Source of the DNA: Carcharhinus amblyrhynchos
Taxonomy: Eukaryota
Length of the DNA: 64,000 nucleotides
Assembly: GCA_965287045.1 (NCBI GenBank)
Contig: OZ336878.1
Location: 42,346,001 to 42,410,000 of the forward strand
Direction: 5' to 3'
The position numbers and the translations under genes are program-made. Position 1 is the first letter of the stretch. Every line of letters starts with the position of its first letter. The notes beneath the pieces were generated by a model that worked only from the letters and a program-made list of their open reading frames with translations, was not told the DNA's origin and searched no databases. This document shows positions 1-11,602 of the stretch, piece by piece.

Positions 1-169
1 GAAACCTTACCTTCAATGCCCTTATATTCATTAGCAAAATTACCTTGTACTTGTAGTCCCATATTGCTGCTGTTCATTCATAGAATGCTTCTCCATAGTA
101 CACTTTCTTCTGGAGCAGCTAATTTCGCTGAAGTAGAGTTAATGAATTCTTCATCTTGTGTGCTAAAGT

Positions 170-470
170 ATTCTATTTGTAATATCAGATGACCAGTTAG
201 TTGTTTTTATAGTGACTGAGGGATGAAGGATAACTCTTCTGCTCTACTTTGAAATAGTGCTATGGGATTTTTTATATCCACCCAGGCAGGCAGATGGGGA
301 CCTAGGGTTTAATGTTTCATCCAAAAGATGGCACCATTGACATTACAGCAGTTACTCAGTGCAACACTGAAGTGTCAGTTTTGATGTTTGTGCTAAAAAA
401 AAAACAAAATGGGGCATGAACCCAACACTTTGTGATTCAGAGGCGAGAGTGCTATCAACTGAGCAAAGTG
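170..470 (-). mobile_element. DeuSINE (SacSINE1/AmnSINE1-like), decayed
   Basis: Reverse complement contains GGATAT-AAAAAATCCCATAGCACTATTTCAAAGTAGAGCAG and ATCCCTCAGTCAC-AAAAACAACTAACTGGTCAT, resembling the Deu core seen on + at 7560-7885 and 15620-16065. Confidence 0.6.
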
Positions 471-691
471 GAACCTGCCTCTACTTCTATTGGGCCCACA
501 TTTACTTTTACTAATCAGTTCCTGTTTACATACCTAGAGAAGCATGTGCAATACGTTTTATGCTTCTTGCTAGTCTACTCTCATATTCTCTTTTCTCTTT
601 CCTTATTAAGTTCTTGGTGGTCCTATGCTGAATTCTTAAATTGTCAAGCAGCATTATAAGCTTCTTCCTTTGATCTAATACTAAATACTAC

Positions 692-746
692 GAGGGCAGT
701 GAAAGACCCCCGGAAGGAGGGCAGTGAAAGACCCCCGGAAGGAGGG
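692..746. repeat. 25-bp tandem duplication (2.2 copies)
   Basis: GAGGGCAGTGAAAGACCCCCGGAAG at 692-716 and 717-741, then GAGGG. Confidence 0.95.
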
Positions 747-1444
747 ACACAAAACAAGTTATCTCTTTGTTGGAGATAGACCTGACCAACAGTGAAGCCA
801 AAAGGGTTTGGCCAAAAGTAAGCCAAGTAGAAATGAAAGTTCTATTTATGAAATGTCCAGTAAGAACGTAATGGATTACCCTTAGAATAAATGCAGAAAT
901 TAAAGACTTCTAAAGAAACCAGGAATTATTGGATATAAAGAGGAATCAACAAAAAGAAATAATGCACCAGAGAAGACAAAACAAGATGAAATGACTGACA
1001 GCAAACTTAAAGAATAAAGAAATTGCAAATAACATTACAAAATGCAGTTAAGATAAGACAATGCAGAATAAGCTGAACTCCATAAAAAGCAACTAGAAAA
1101 TAAGTCCAGTGAAGAATTGAATAGGGAGAATAAGAGCTTGAAGAGAAAAGCTTGACAATAAGAAATTAACTGAAGATGCAAAATTATTGAAATTAACAGC
1201 AGAATCAGCAATTCAGACAGAAAGAAACTGAGATTATGTGCCAAAACAAGATTGTTGAAATGGTCACACTAATAAAAAAACACAAGAACCAGTGTGATAA
1301 CCTGGTCAATGAAAAGGTGATGAATTGAAATGCTGGAAAGTGAAGAAATTTTATCATACGACCTAAGTTCCAGAAATAGAAAAACATGACCACAGCTTCA
1401 CAAGTAACAGACTGAGATTGTGAAAGAGCTGTCAAGACGATATA

Positions 1445-1738
1445 ATGGACAGTGGTTAGCACTGTTGCCTCACAACTCCAGGTACCCAGGTTCGATTCCA
1501 CGTTTGGGTCACTGTCTGTGCTGAGTCTGTTTGTTCTCCCCGTGTCTGCATGTGTTTCCTCCAGATGCTCCGGTTTCATCCCACAGTCCAAAGATGTACT
1601 GGTTAGGTGCATACTAAGTTCTCCCTGAGTGTACCCAAATAGGTACCGGAGTGTCGTGATTAGGGGATTTTCATAGAAACTTCATTGCAGTGTTAATGTA
1701 AGTCTATTTGTGAGACTAATAAATAAACTTGAAAACTT
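1445..1738 (+). mobile_element. tRNA-derived SINE (HE1/V-SINE-like head and core, AATAAATAAACTT tail)
   Basis: Box A-like TGGACAGTGG, box B GGTTCGATTCC, core TTCTCCCCGTGTCTGC...GCTCCGGTTTC; near-identical copies at 16897, 37818 and 43350(-). Confidence 0.9.
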
Positions 1739-1761
1739 AAGACATAGACTTTATTGTATAG

Positions 1762-4200
1762 TTATTGGATAGTTTCCTTGAACAGTGTGTGTTGGAGCCG
1801 ACGAGGGAGCGAGCTATCTTGGATCTGGTGTTATGTAATGAGGTGGGTAGAATTAGGGACCTTGTGGTGAAGGATCCTCTTGGGGAGAGTGATCATTGTA
1901 TGGTGGAGTTTCTGGTGCAGGTGGAGAAGGGCTAGATGGCCTACTCCTGCTCCTATTTCTTATGTTCTTATGTTTATGAAAGTGGGTTCCCGGACACGCG
2001 TCCTTTGTTTGAACAGAGGGGAGTACGGTAGGATGAGAGAAGAATTGGCGAATGTTGACTGGGGGAGCGCGTTGGAAGGTAGGTCTGCTGAGGAGCAGTG
2101 GAGGATCTTTAAGGAGATCTTTCTTGGTGCTCAGCAGAAATTTATTCCGATGGTTAAAAAGGACCATAGGAGGAGAGGTAATAAGCCATGGATAACGAAG
2201 GAGGTGAAGGAAAGTGTTAAATTAAAAGCGGAGGCGTTTGGAGTAGCTAAGAGTAGTGGGCAAGAAGAGGATTGGGAGAGGTTTAAATGTCAACAAAGAT
2301 TGACAAAGAAGTTGATAAAGAAGGGTAGGAGAAACTATGAAGCTGGGCTAGCACTTAATATAAAAAAGGATAGCAAGAGTTTTTATAAATATATAAAAAG
2401 GAAGAGGCTGGCTAGGGTGAACGTTGGACCCTTAGAGGATGAGAGGGGGGACTTAGTGATAGGGAATGGGGAAATGGCTGAGGTCTTGAATAACTTTTTT
2501 GTTTCGGTCTTCACGGAGGAGGACGTGAATAATTTGCCAGGAGTTAGCGATGGAAAGGTGGTAGGACTGGAGGGTCTCAATGACATTATTGTTACTAGAG
2601 AGGCGGTGCTCGACAGACTGGAGGGGCTGATTGTGGACAAGTCGCCAGGACCGGATGGAATGCATCCGAGGGTTCTGAAAGAAATGGCGGAGGTGATAGT
2701 GGATGCCTTGGTGGTTATTTTCCAAACGTCGCTGGATTCCAGGGAAGTGCCGGAAGATTGGAAAACGGCTAATGTTACGTCGTTGTTTAAGAAGGGTGGC
2801 AGGCAAAAGGCAGGGAATTATAGGCCGGTTAGTTTAACGTCTGTTGTAGGTAAAATGTTAGAATCCGTCATCAAGGAGGAAATAGCAAGGCATCTTGAGG
2901 GGAATTGCTTGATAGAGCAGATGCAGCACGGTTTCGTTAAGGGGAAGTCGTGTCTGACAAATTTATTGGAGTTCTATGAGGATGCGTCTAGGGCGGTGGA
3001 TAGAGGAGAGCCGGTGGATGTGGTCTTTCTTGATTTTCAGAAGGCGTTTGACAAGGTACCTCACAAGAGGTTATTGCAGAAGGTTGGGGGTAGGGTGTTA
3101 GCGTGGATAGAGGACTGGTTGTCAAATAGGAGGCAGAGAGTGGGGGTCAATGGGTGCTATTCGGATTGGCGGTTGGTGACGAGTGGAGTGCCCCAGGGGT
3201 CGGTGCTGGGGCCTCAGCTATTTACCATTTATATAGATGATCTGGAGGAGGGAACCGAGTGTATGGTGTCGAAATTTGCTGATGACACCAAGATTGGTGG
3301 AACGGCAAATTGCGCGGAGGGTGTGGAGAGTCTGCAGAAGGATCTAGATAGGCTGGGCGAATGGGCCAAGAACTGGCAAATGGAATTTAATGTTGGCAAG
3401 TGCGAGGTGGTCCACTTTGATAGGAATAATGGTAGGAAGAACTATTACTCACTTGGCGAAAAACTGCAGCAGGCGACGGTGCAGAGGGACCTCGGGGTCC
3501 TTGTGCATGAGTCGCAAAAACCCAGCCTACAGGTGCAGCAGGTGGTCAGGAAGGCTAATGGGATGCTGGCCTTCATAGCGAGGGGGATTGAATGTAAAAG
3601 TAGGGAGGCCTTGCTGCAGCTGTATAGGACATTGGTGAGGCCGCAGCTGGAGTACTGTGTGCAGTTTTGGTCGCCGCACTTACGCAAGGATATTTTGGCC
3701 TTGGAGGCAGTGCAGAGGAGGTTTACTAGGCTGATACCGGAGTTGAGGGGGTTGAGCTATGAGGAGAGGCTGAATAAACTAGGCTTGTACTTGTTAGAGT
3801 TTAGAAGAATGAGGGGAGATCTCATTGAGACATATAAGATGATGAATGGGATGGATAGGATAGAGGTGGAGAGACTCTACCCGCTCAGAAAGGACAGTAG
3901 GACTAGGGGGCACAGCCTCAAGATAAAGGGGGGGCGGTTTAGAACGGAGTTGAGGAGGAACTTCTTCACTCAAAGGGTGGTGAATCTCTGGAATTCTCTG
4001 CCCATTGAAGTGGTGGAGGCTGCCTCGCTAAATATTTTTAAGACGCGGGTTGATGGGTTTTTGATAAGCAAGGGGATTAAGGGTTATGGGGAGAAGGCGG
4101 GAATGTGGAACTGAGCCACGACAGATCAGCCATGATCTTATTGAATGGCGGGGCAGGCTCGAAGGGCTAGATGGCCTACTCCTGCTCCTATTTCTTATGT
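1762..4200 (+). mobile_element. Young 5'-truncated CR1-clade (HER1-like) LINE
   Basis: Endonuclease C-terminus DSFLEQCVLEPTRERAILDLVL...LGESDH from about 1768, the RT ORF, a short 3'UTR and a TTTCTTATGT tail. Confidence 0.95.
1880..4114 (+). CDS. CR1 LINE ORF2 reverse transcriptase (partial; first ~33 aa of the ORF are out of frame or insertion-derived)
   Basis: Motifs KSPGPDG, NYRPVSLTS, QHGF, LDFQKAFDKV, GVPQGSVLGP, FADD, CR1-type C-terminus RRNFFTQRVVNLWNSLP; apparent small in-frame deletion at LLQKVGGRV. Confidence 0.93.
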   Translation: MGRVIIVWWSFWCRWRRARWPTPAPISYVLMFMKVGSRTRVLCLNRGEYGRMREELANVDWGSALEGRSAEEQWRIFKEIFLGAQQKFIPMVKKDHRRRGNKPWITKEVKESVKLKAEAFGVAKSSGQEEDWERFKCQQRLTKKLIKKGRRNYEAGLALNIKKDSKSFYKYIKRKRLARVNVGPLEDERGDLVIGNGEMAEVLNNFFVSVFTEEDVNNLPGVSDGKVVGLEGLNDIIVTREAVLDRLEGLIVDKSPGPDGMHPRVLKEMAEVIVDALVVIFQTSLDSREVPEDWKTANVTSLFKKGGRQKAGNYRPVSLTSVVGKMLESVIKEEIARHLEGNCLIEQMQHGFVKGKSCLTNLLEFYEDASRAVDRGEPVDVVFLDFQKAFDKVPHKRLLQKVGGRVLAWIEDWLSNRRQRVGVNGCYSDWRLVTSGVPQGSVLGPQLFTIYIDDLEEGTECMVSKFADDTKIGGTANCAEGVESLQKDLDRLGEWAKNWQMEFNVGKCEVVHFDRNNGRKNYYSLGEKLQQATVQRDLGVLVHESQKPSLQVQQVVRKANGMLAFIARGIECKSREALLQLYRTLVRPQLEYCVQFWSPHLRKDILALEAVQRRFTRLIPELRGLSYEERLNKLGLYLLEFRRMRGDLIETYKMMNGMDRIEVERLYPLRKDSRTRGHSLKIKGGRFRTELRRNFFTQRVVNLWNSLPIEVVEAASLNIFKTRVDGFLISKGIKGYGEKAGMWN

Positions 4201-4204
4201 ATTG

Positions 4205-4480
4205 TGTTGATATGTGCCTGTATGTATTATAATGTAAGATGCCCAGCAGAGCAAACGTCAACACGGGACTGGAGAATGGCACTGCCTAAAGATTAATATA
4301 TGTAGTCATATGGTCAAAGAACAGTCTAGAACTGAACGCAATCATCAGTATGCTTGCATGGATCAGCTCCTTGCAAGACCACGTTTGGAACTGTATATAG
4401 TTAAAGCCTACCAATAAAAGTATTTATGTATTAACACACAAGCTTCAAGATCTTATCAATCGTCCAGCCCCAGTACAACA
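4205..4480 (+). mobile_element. Possible solo LTR
   Basis: Starts TGTTG, ends CAACA, has TATATA then AATAAA (~4413); no TSD visible. Confidence 0.4.
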
Positions 4481-4494
4481 GAAAAACAAACATA

Positions 4495-4965
4495 TTAAGT
4501 GTATAATACGAAACTTGTAATAATGGATCATGTTAGATCACTGGAATTATTCTCTCTATAGCCAGACCCCCATTATACTGAGTAGAGGGACGTTGGAGAG
4601 ACCAATCATTCGTAAACATGACCAATTGAGGAATAGTGAGATGCTCCAGCAATCAGTGTTGCCATTAAGAAATGCTTTCGAACCCATAAGCACCGAAGAA
4701 CTTTATCGACCTATTACTGATCCAACTAATATTTCTATAGAAGGAATTAATAATGAACTGCTTGTGCCAGAAGGGATGCTTGTATTTGTAGTTCCTCTTA
4801 ATGTTGATCCTTTGGAAGCATCTCAGACTATAGAATTGCGCTACTCTGCAAGAAACAGAAAAACCCATCAAAGACCTGATTCCATCTCTCATATTTAATG
4901 TTTAGTTCAAATTTAGGTCGGAGTAACTTATTAAAGGTTGAAGAAGGAGCAAAAGGGGAAAGTAT
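4495..4965 (+). pseudogene. Gypsy LTR-retrotransposon integrase C-terminal tail, decayed (explains ORF 4530-4898)
   Basis: Frameshifted RN...G...ITGIILSIARPPLY*VE / IIRKHDQLR and terminal ELRYSARNRK resemble the Gypsy integrase GPY/F-like region and RRSxR tail; purine tract AAAAGGGGAAAG at ~4951. Confidence 0.5.
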
Positions 4966-7559
4966 TAAGGGCAACACAGCAGAATAGGGTCACCTGATTT
5001 GGGGAACCAATTGGGACTCGAAGTAGGGAATCACCCCAAGGATGGAGCTCTCTTAGGCAGGACAGCAAGCTGCAGCCATGTGGTTGCTGAAATATTCTTA
5101 TTAATAAATCCTTTTTGTGTTCATTATAATGGAGTCTCTGTAAGTGCATCTTTACAGATGTGTTGCAAGAATCTTAGAGTAGTATAAATTGAAACTAATG
5201 TTGTAAGACAAGAAAATAACAGACCAAAAGTTGCTTGATGGCAGATATTTTGCATTGATCATTGACATTACACTGTAGTTAAATTTCTGGAACATCAGTC
5301 CAACAGCAGTGCAGCAATATTGATGTTGAATTTGGAACATTGTGAACATAGTGCCCTATGCTTTATCTCATTAACCAAGGGGAAAAAAAAGAGAAAGAAC
5401 CAAAAAGTCAGAGTAGGACATGGGGTGAAGTAGACAGTAAAAGGAATAGAGAGAAAAGAGACAAATTAAAAGAAAACAAATCTTCAAATTTAAAATTAAA
5501 CAAGCGGAAGAGGACATTGTAACCAGTTGTGTTTGCATATTACTGTGTTAGTCCTTGAAAAGTTCATGAGTGAATGACAGGGTGAATATGCAAAATGTAC
5601 AAACATTCTTGATGCATGAAGTAAAGAACAATCCATCATGATCATGAACTGTGGAACACCCACCGGGTACGCTGTTGCACTGCTCTCATAAGAATATAGA
5701 AATTGCTAACTCCAAGGTCAATCTAATTCACCTTTTGCTATCCTGAGAGTCACATAATGTAATAATAATAGAATTGTTAACTAATCATTGTATTCAATCT
5801 CCATCAGTTAGCCTAGAACAGACCATACACAAGGAAAACCTTAGTGTTTGGTGAACGTTTGGGTACCATAGCCTCAAGGTCACCTTTTTCCTCTCAAGCA
5901 TGTGACACTTGCCATGTCAGTTCTCAATTTACTTGTCTAGTATATCCCAAAATCTTATTTTAGAACTAAACCTATCTAATTTGCATTTGAATGAGTGGTC
6001 CCTAGTCGTATGTCAATGTAGCTTTGTATCCTGAAAATTATTGCCATCTAACAATAACAGGTGTGTGGAGGGCTGGCACTAAAAATGCTGCCAACACAGT
6101 TAAAAAGATACTAAACCTCTAGATACAATTCACTGCCTGCTGGTGTAAAACTTCACAGCTTCATTGTTCCCTTTCTGGGTCTCCAAGGTTGAATGTCAAG
6201 TCAGGGCCATAAATCACATCTTTAACAGAGTCCTTTATGACATTAATTACAGCCCTAAATGGCTGTGGTGGGAATAATTAGTAATAACATTGTAAATCCA
6301 GCAATTCCACAATTGCAATTAAATTCAACAGGGAGCCTCACGACATGAAGGTACTTTTATCAGCTTTGGTATTCTAGCAGAAAAGCTGTGCATATTGTCC
6401 AGCAGCTTGACATGAATCAAATCTCTGGTTTATTTTTTGAATTAACTAAAAGTCACAAGCATTGTTGATCTGTTATTGCATTGAAATGACTTCCTGCAAA
6501 CTTCTGATCCAACCATGGAGATTAAACCAGGGCTGCAACAGGAGCAAAGCCTCTTACCCACTGATTGTTTATTGTAGCAGGGTGTGCGATCCTTTGCAGG
6601 AAGTTGCTCTATAGGATTTACAATGATTACAGTGCATTGTGTTAAACCTTCTCTTCACTCAACATGTGGATGATACTAGATATCTCATTAGGATCACTGA
6701 GTAGCCATTTTCAAACACTTCGTAATGCACAATGAAGCATACATGGTATTCATATTTCCCTGCCTGCCTTTTGAGCTATATTGTTTTCTCAAAAACGAGT
6801 GCAGCTATAGAGTTTAATTGTGGTATGCATCAACTCTGCATTAATTTACCCAATTTAAGTCTTGATTCCACGGCTGTGTTTTTGCTGGCTATTGTTTTTA
6901 GTGACTGAATTCAATCTGATATCTTTAATTTGTAAACTAACATTGAGATAAACATTGTCCATCCTTAATTCACAGAGGAAGCCCATCAAGGAAACAAAGG
7001 AACCACATGAATGCTGCAAGGACAGCAGTGGCAAAAAACTTTGGACAGCCTGGTTGAGTGGAGATTTGAGAACAATGATTGGTGTGGATATGACAAACAG
7101 CAGACACTATAGCATTTTGAACAGAAATTAAACAGCTGCCTTTCTGCAGTGATGAAAACCTGACAGCCATCAGTATGGTTGTTAATGGCCGGGTCAAACT
7201 GGCGGCACTGTAACTAAATCAATGTGCGTATGCAGCTCACATATATCTGTCTAAAATGTTGATTTTTTTTAAAAAATTATAAATATGTTTGATACAATTC
7301 TGTTCATGGTGGTTATACACTTTTTATATGTAAACTGATGTGCATCGTTGCTTTGCCAGTTAGGGTGCCAGACATTTCCCAATCAAAGTATTTTGTAACA
7401 TGTTGATTTCTACAACATTTTAACAAATTTACCAAGTGGCATCTCTGTACAATATTGCTCTGTTTATCTGTAGCTCATTAATATTCTGAAATGTCTTGGA
7501 TTGTTATGACTGCAGGTGTCAAGTTTGGCTTCCATGTCTCTGAACCAATATTAACATAT

Positions 7560-7885
7560 TGTCTCAACTTCGTTGCTGTACTGGGGAAATAATGTGCTAT
7601 CTAAAGATCACCTTTCATTCGAGACATTAAAGCAAGGCAGATGTAAGAGATCCCATGTCACTATTTAAGGAATAGTTTTCACCAGTGATTAGGTCAATAT
7701 TTATCCCTCACCCATTATCATTAAAACAGATTATTGAGTCACTTTTTTGGGGGGAGATCTTGCTGTGAACCTGGTCACCATATTTTGCTACATTACAACA
7801 GTGTACTGCAGAGGTACTTCATTGGCTGAAAACTGCTTTGAGGCATCCTGAGATTGAGGAAGGCACTAAATGAATGCAAGTTTGT
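7560..7885 (+). mobile_element. DeuSINE (SacSINE1/AmnSINE1-like)
   Basis: GATCCCATGTCACTATTT...CAATATTTATCCCTCA...AAAACAGATT...TCTTGCTGTG...CTACATTACAACAGTG...TACTTCATTGGCTG...AATGCAAG. Confidence 0.8.
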
Positions 7886-8959
7886 TTTTTTAATATTTAT
7901 GTTTACTTTGGTATTTTCGGCTGATAGATTGTACTGGTATCTTTAAATGCCTTTTTTCTTAGAAGAACTTGGTTCAAAAAGGAAAAAATTGTCAATTCTT
8001 TTTGCTAAATCGCATCATTGTGGATTTTGTTTTGCTTTTCTCCTTTTATCATGATTTTACGTTGTTAGTATTTATGGTAGTGGCAAGAGTTTCCTCAAAG
8101 TAATACCAATGTTTATTTAAAGTTTTAGCAAATTGCACATGCATGTCTTAAACTAAAAGCCAAGCATGTATAGGGCTGCATTAAGATGCTGATTAGATAT
8201 AAATAATAATTGTGAGATATAATGTCAGAGTGGAAAAAAATTGTTGAGTCAGGCAGGGGTCCATGCCCCCATTCCTGGAATCAAAAAACTGGATATTGAT
8301 ACTAATTATTGTGCTACCAGAGCTCCAGGGCAAGTAATAGAGACAGAGAATATTGCCTAATATTTTCAAAAGGATATAATCTTTTTTGAAACTAGTAACT
8401 ACATGAAAATTTGTGCTTCTAATTGAAAAGTATGCTTCAGAAATAAGACTCCTAAGTGGTTCACGAAAACTGATAGATTTAGTGAATGCAATGCCCAAAT
8501 ACAGAATGAAAAGTCCTAAAATTCTATGTAGTAAAAATAAAATTTCACATATAGAAACCTGTAGGCCTAATTTATAAACACATGGAACTGTGGAATACAA
8601 TTATCAAAACACCAGTAAAAATTTCAGAACTGAATGTAATAACCATGGACTTTGGCTCATGAGACATTGGCAAACCACAGTTTTGTTCATCTATCAAAGG
8701 TGCGCAATGAATACAGTTGAAATAACACAAGGAAATTTTGAAAGCTGAGAGAGATCAATAATAGTCATTAAAAATTGGTAAAAGTAATGTACTACATCCA
8801 TGAGGCTACAAATATGATGCATTATTTCTTTTTTGCAACAGCTCACACCTTGCTTCTACATTACATCTCTTCTGGTCAATCACTGTAAGAGAGGTCTTGC
8901 ATGGCCTCGTTCTTAACTGTCCAAGAGCATCAGAATCTCTTCAGCAAAGGATTCTCCCC

Positions 8960-9120
8960 CCACCAATGTATGCACATCTATACAATGCTGCAAGGTTTAG
9001 TCCCCTATTATTTCCCTGACTTATATTTTGCCTCTTGGAAGAATAATCTTTAGTCATGGAGTCATTTTAATCTTCTAAAATTATTTTTGCGATGCAAATT
9101 TTGATTTGCCACCTCACTCA
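8960..9120 (+). mobile_element. Old L2-like RT remnant
   Basis: Degenerate translation resembling QG..(G)PLLF...Y.LPLG.II.SHGV. Confidence 0.35.
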
Positions 9121-10959
9121 TGAGCAATGAACATTTGTACTGTAGTGTATGGATGGATCAGGGTTTTGATATTGGAATTTTCACATTGCATGTCTTGGAA
9201 CAAGGAATTTTAAACAGTTTGCTTATTATTTTATTGCCGTTTTAACTTTGAACTTCCCCCTGGAGACTAATACAGTCTTGATGTTCAGGTGGCTGTATAA
9301 CTATACAAGTTTCACATGTGATTTGAAGTTCATTGAATGTAATAGACAGTTAATCATAATTCAGTGATCACTGGAGGCACTGATTCCCAGTTGAGTCCCC
9401 AATGCTTAGAATGTAATTAAAATATCAGCAAAGTAACATAAAGTGTGCTGTCTACAAATGCCTTGCAGTATATGAAAATTGACTATTCCAAAATATTTGT
9501 ATGCCATCAGAAAGATGTATTAATACCTTCCATATTTTTGACTCCCTGTGGAGCTCAATGAAAATTAGCTATTCCCAAAAAATAATTTTGATTGCTATAA
9601 CTTTTTCTTCACTGCGATACTTTTAGTGAAACTAAAGTACAAACCAGGGAACAATTCTATTTCATTGTGCACACCACGCATTTTGGAAGAAATTGAATTT
9701 TCCTTAGAAGTCAAACAAACATTAATGACTCCAAGATGGTGAGCCTTATTCACAGTGTTTACAATGTGATTTATTAGCTGACATTCAAACAATTTATCAT
9801 TATTTGGTTTCTGGTTCCGCCCATTCCCCAGAAAACAATTTGAAGCATTCCAGTTAATAACTTCTAATTTTAGAGGGAGTAGCAAAGGATAAGGTACTGA
9901 GGAGAATTATGTGGGTTTTATATTTATATGTTGTTAATCATTTCATTATCTGTGTTAGAGTACAGTGAAGTAATGTTAAATATTACACAAATATTGGTAA
10001 CAATTGAATGCAGTAATAATGAACTGTTTTGTGGTGATGGTTTAACTGTATTATGTTTCAAATTAATTCTTCTAACCCATAGAGCAATAGTTAAAAAAAA
10101 AGAAACATTCTCTGTCCTAATCTGTTTTACATGGCAAAATGTAATTAATAAATTTCATTAGCCTAATAGGTTACATTACCTATTTAACCTTGTATCAGGA
10201 GCTTCCTTTACATCTATCAGTTTGGGTCTCTGGAATGTTGAAGAGCAATTTTGTTGATATGAGTAACTGGCTTCATCAGCTCAAGCCTTTGCTGATCAGA
10301 AGTTATTAATGATTTTAAAGTTGAAGATAACATGGATATTCCTATTATGTAGAACTTAAAAATATGCGTTTATGCAGAACTTTCCAATGCTGGCTGTGGC
10401 CCATTGAATCTCATACCAATTGCACCATAGTGTTGAGGTCATTGAGATTGAGTAGTCATGGAAACAGTAACAACCAACATGTTCTAATACAACAGTGAGA
10501 AGTAGGGTACCATGTCCAGGACTTGTTGCACATGCAAGAAAATGTTTTATGAACTAATAAGAAAGGGAGAAAGTTAAATGTAATAAATCTTCATGGACTT
10601 AACATATGCATACGTACCTTGAATAAAAATATATTGTTTCTGTACTCTGCAGTATTTTTTTCTTTTTTGTAAGTGTAGCCAAAAGTTATGAAAAACACTT
10701 CAAAAGAAACATATAAAATTATCTGGCCTTGGTCTGGGAACTCTTATCCTTGGATATTATTTATCAATGCAAAGTTTTTAAAAATTTCACAAGCAGTCAT
10801 TCTCTACATTTCATAAAGATTTTAAATATTGTAATTGTAATTTTAACAGGCAGAGTAATTTTACTTATTAAAGCTCATGTATGGTGTTAACTGTGACAGG
10901 ATTTAAGAAACCTAATTACAAAAACTCCACAAGTTTTTGAGAATAAAAATACACTTGCA

Positions 10960-11175
10960 TCATCCTTGGCTTCTGATAGCACCCTCCTCTCTGAGTCAGA
11001 AAGTTATTTGTTTATATGCCACTCCATCGACACAGGAACATAATGCAGTATTGAAGGGCTGCTGCTGTGGCAGGTGTTGTCTTTGTAACATTGCATGAAA
11101 AGAACAACAGGGGAGCTTTCCCTCTATCCAGCATTTATCATTAAACCAATACCTCTAAGATTATCTGGTAAGTTC
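10960..11175 (+). mobile_element. DeuSINE fragment
   Basis: TAGCACCCTCCTCTCTGAGTCAGAAAG head, GCAGTATTGAAGGG, CAGGGGAGCTTTCCC, AGATTATCTGGT. Confidence 0.5.
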
Positions 11176-11602
11176 ATTGCTTGGTTCTACTCTTGCCTAT
11201 CCAGTCATTGCCAAATAATCTTTTGCGATGTCTACTCATCCTGCCCCTGCACTCTTTATTCGAATTCCCTCAAGAATTTGATTTGATTTATTATTGTCGC
11301 ATGTATTAATATACAGTAAGAAGTATTGTTTCTTGTGTGAAGCACACTGTACATAGAGAAGGAAAGGAGAGAATGCAGAATGTAATGTTACAGACATAGG
11401 GTGTAGAGAAAGATCAGCTTAATGTAAGTTAGGTCCATTCAAAAGTCTGATGACAGGGAAGAATCTATCCTTGACTCCCATAGGTTTGCTTTTCTGATGT
11501 TCAGAATAAGAAAGTTTAAGAAATCAAGTGAGATACAAGTTATTTTCAAATTTCAGAAAACTTAGTTTGACATGCACCACAACAATTGTTTCAGAAAATA
11601 AT

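Noticed and set aside
692-746. Short direct repeats as a possible CRISPR-like array (also 27283-27354)
   Set aside because: Only two adjacent copies, no spacers, eukaryotic context
800-1440. A-rich, coiled-coil-like sequence on the plus strand
   Set aside because: Many stops and no diagnostic motif; possibly decayed gag/ORF1 but cannot be assigned
1445-1520. tRNA-like box A/box B sequences
   Set aside because: These are SINE heads, not complete cloverleaf tRNA genes
4665-4860. Minus-strand acceptor-like TTTTTCTGTTTCTTGCAG with a 75-aa ORF
   Set aside because: No recognisable protein or partner exon; the plus strand is better explained as a Gypsy integrase tail
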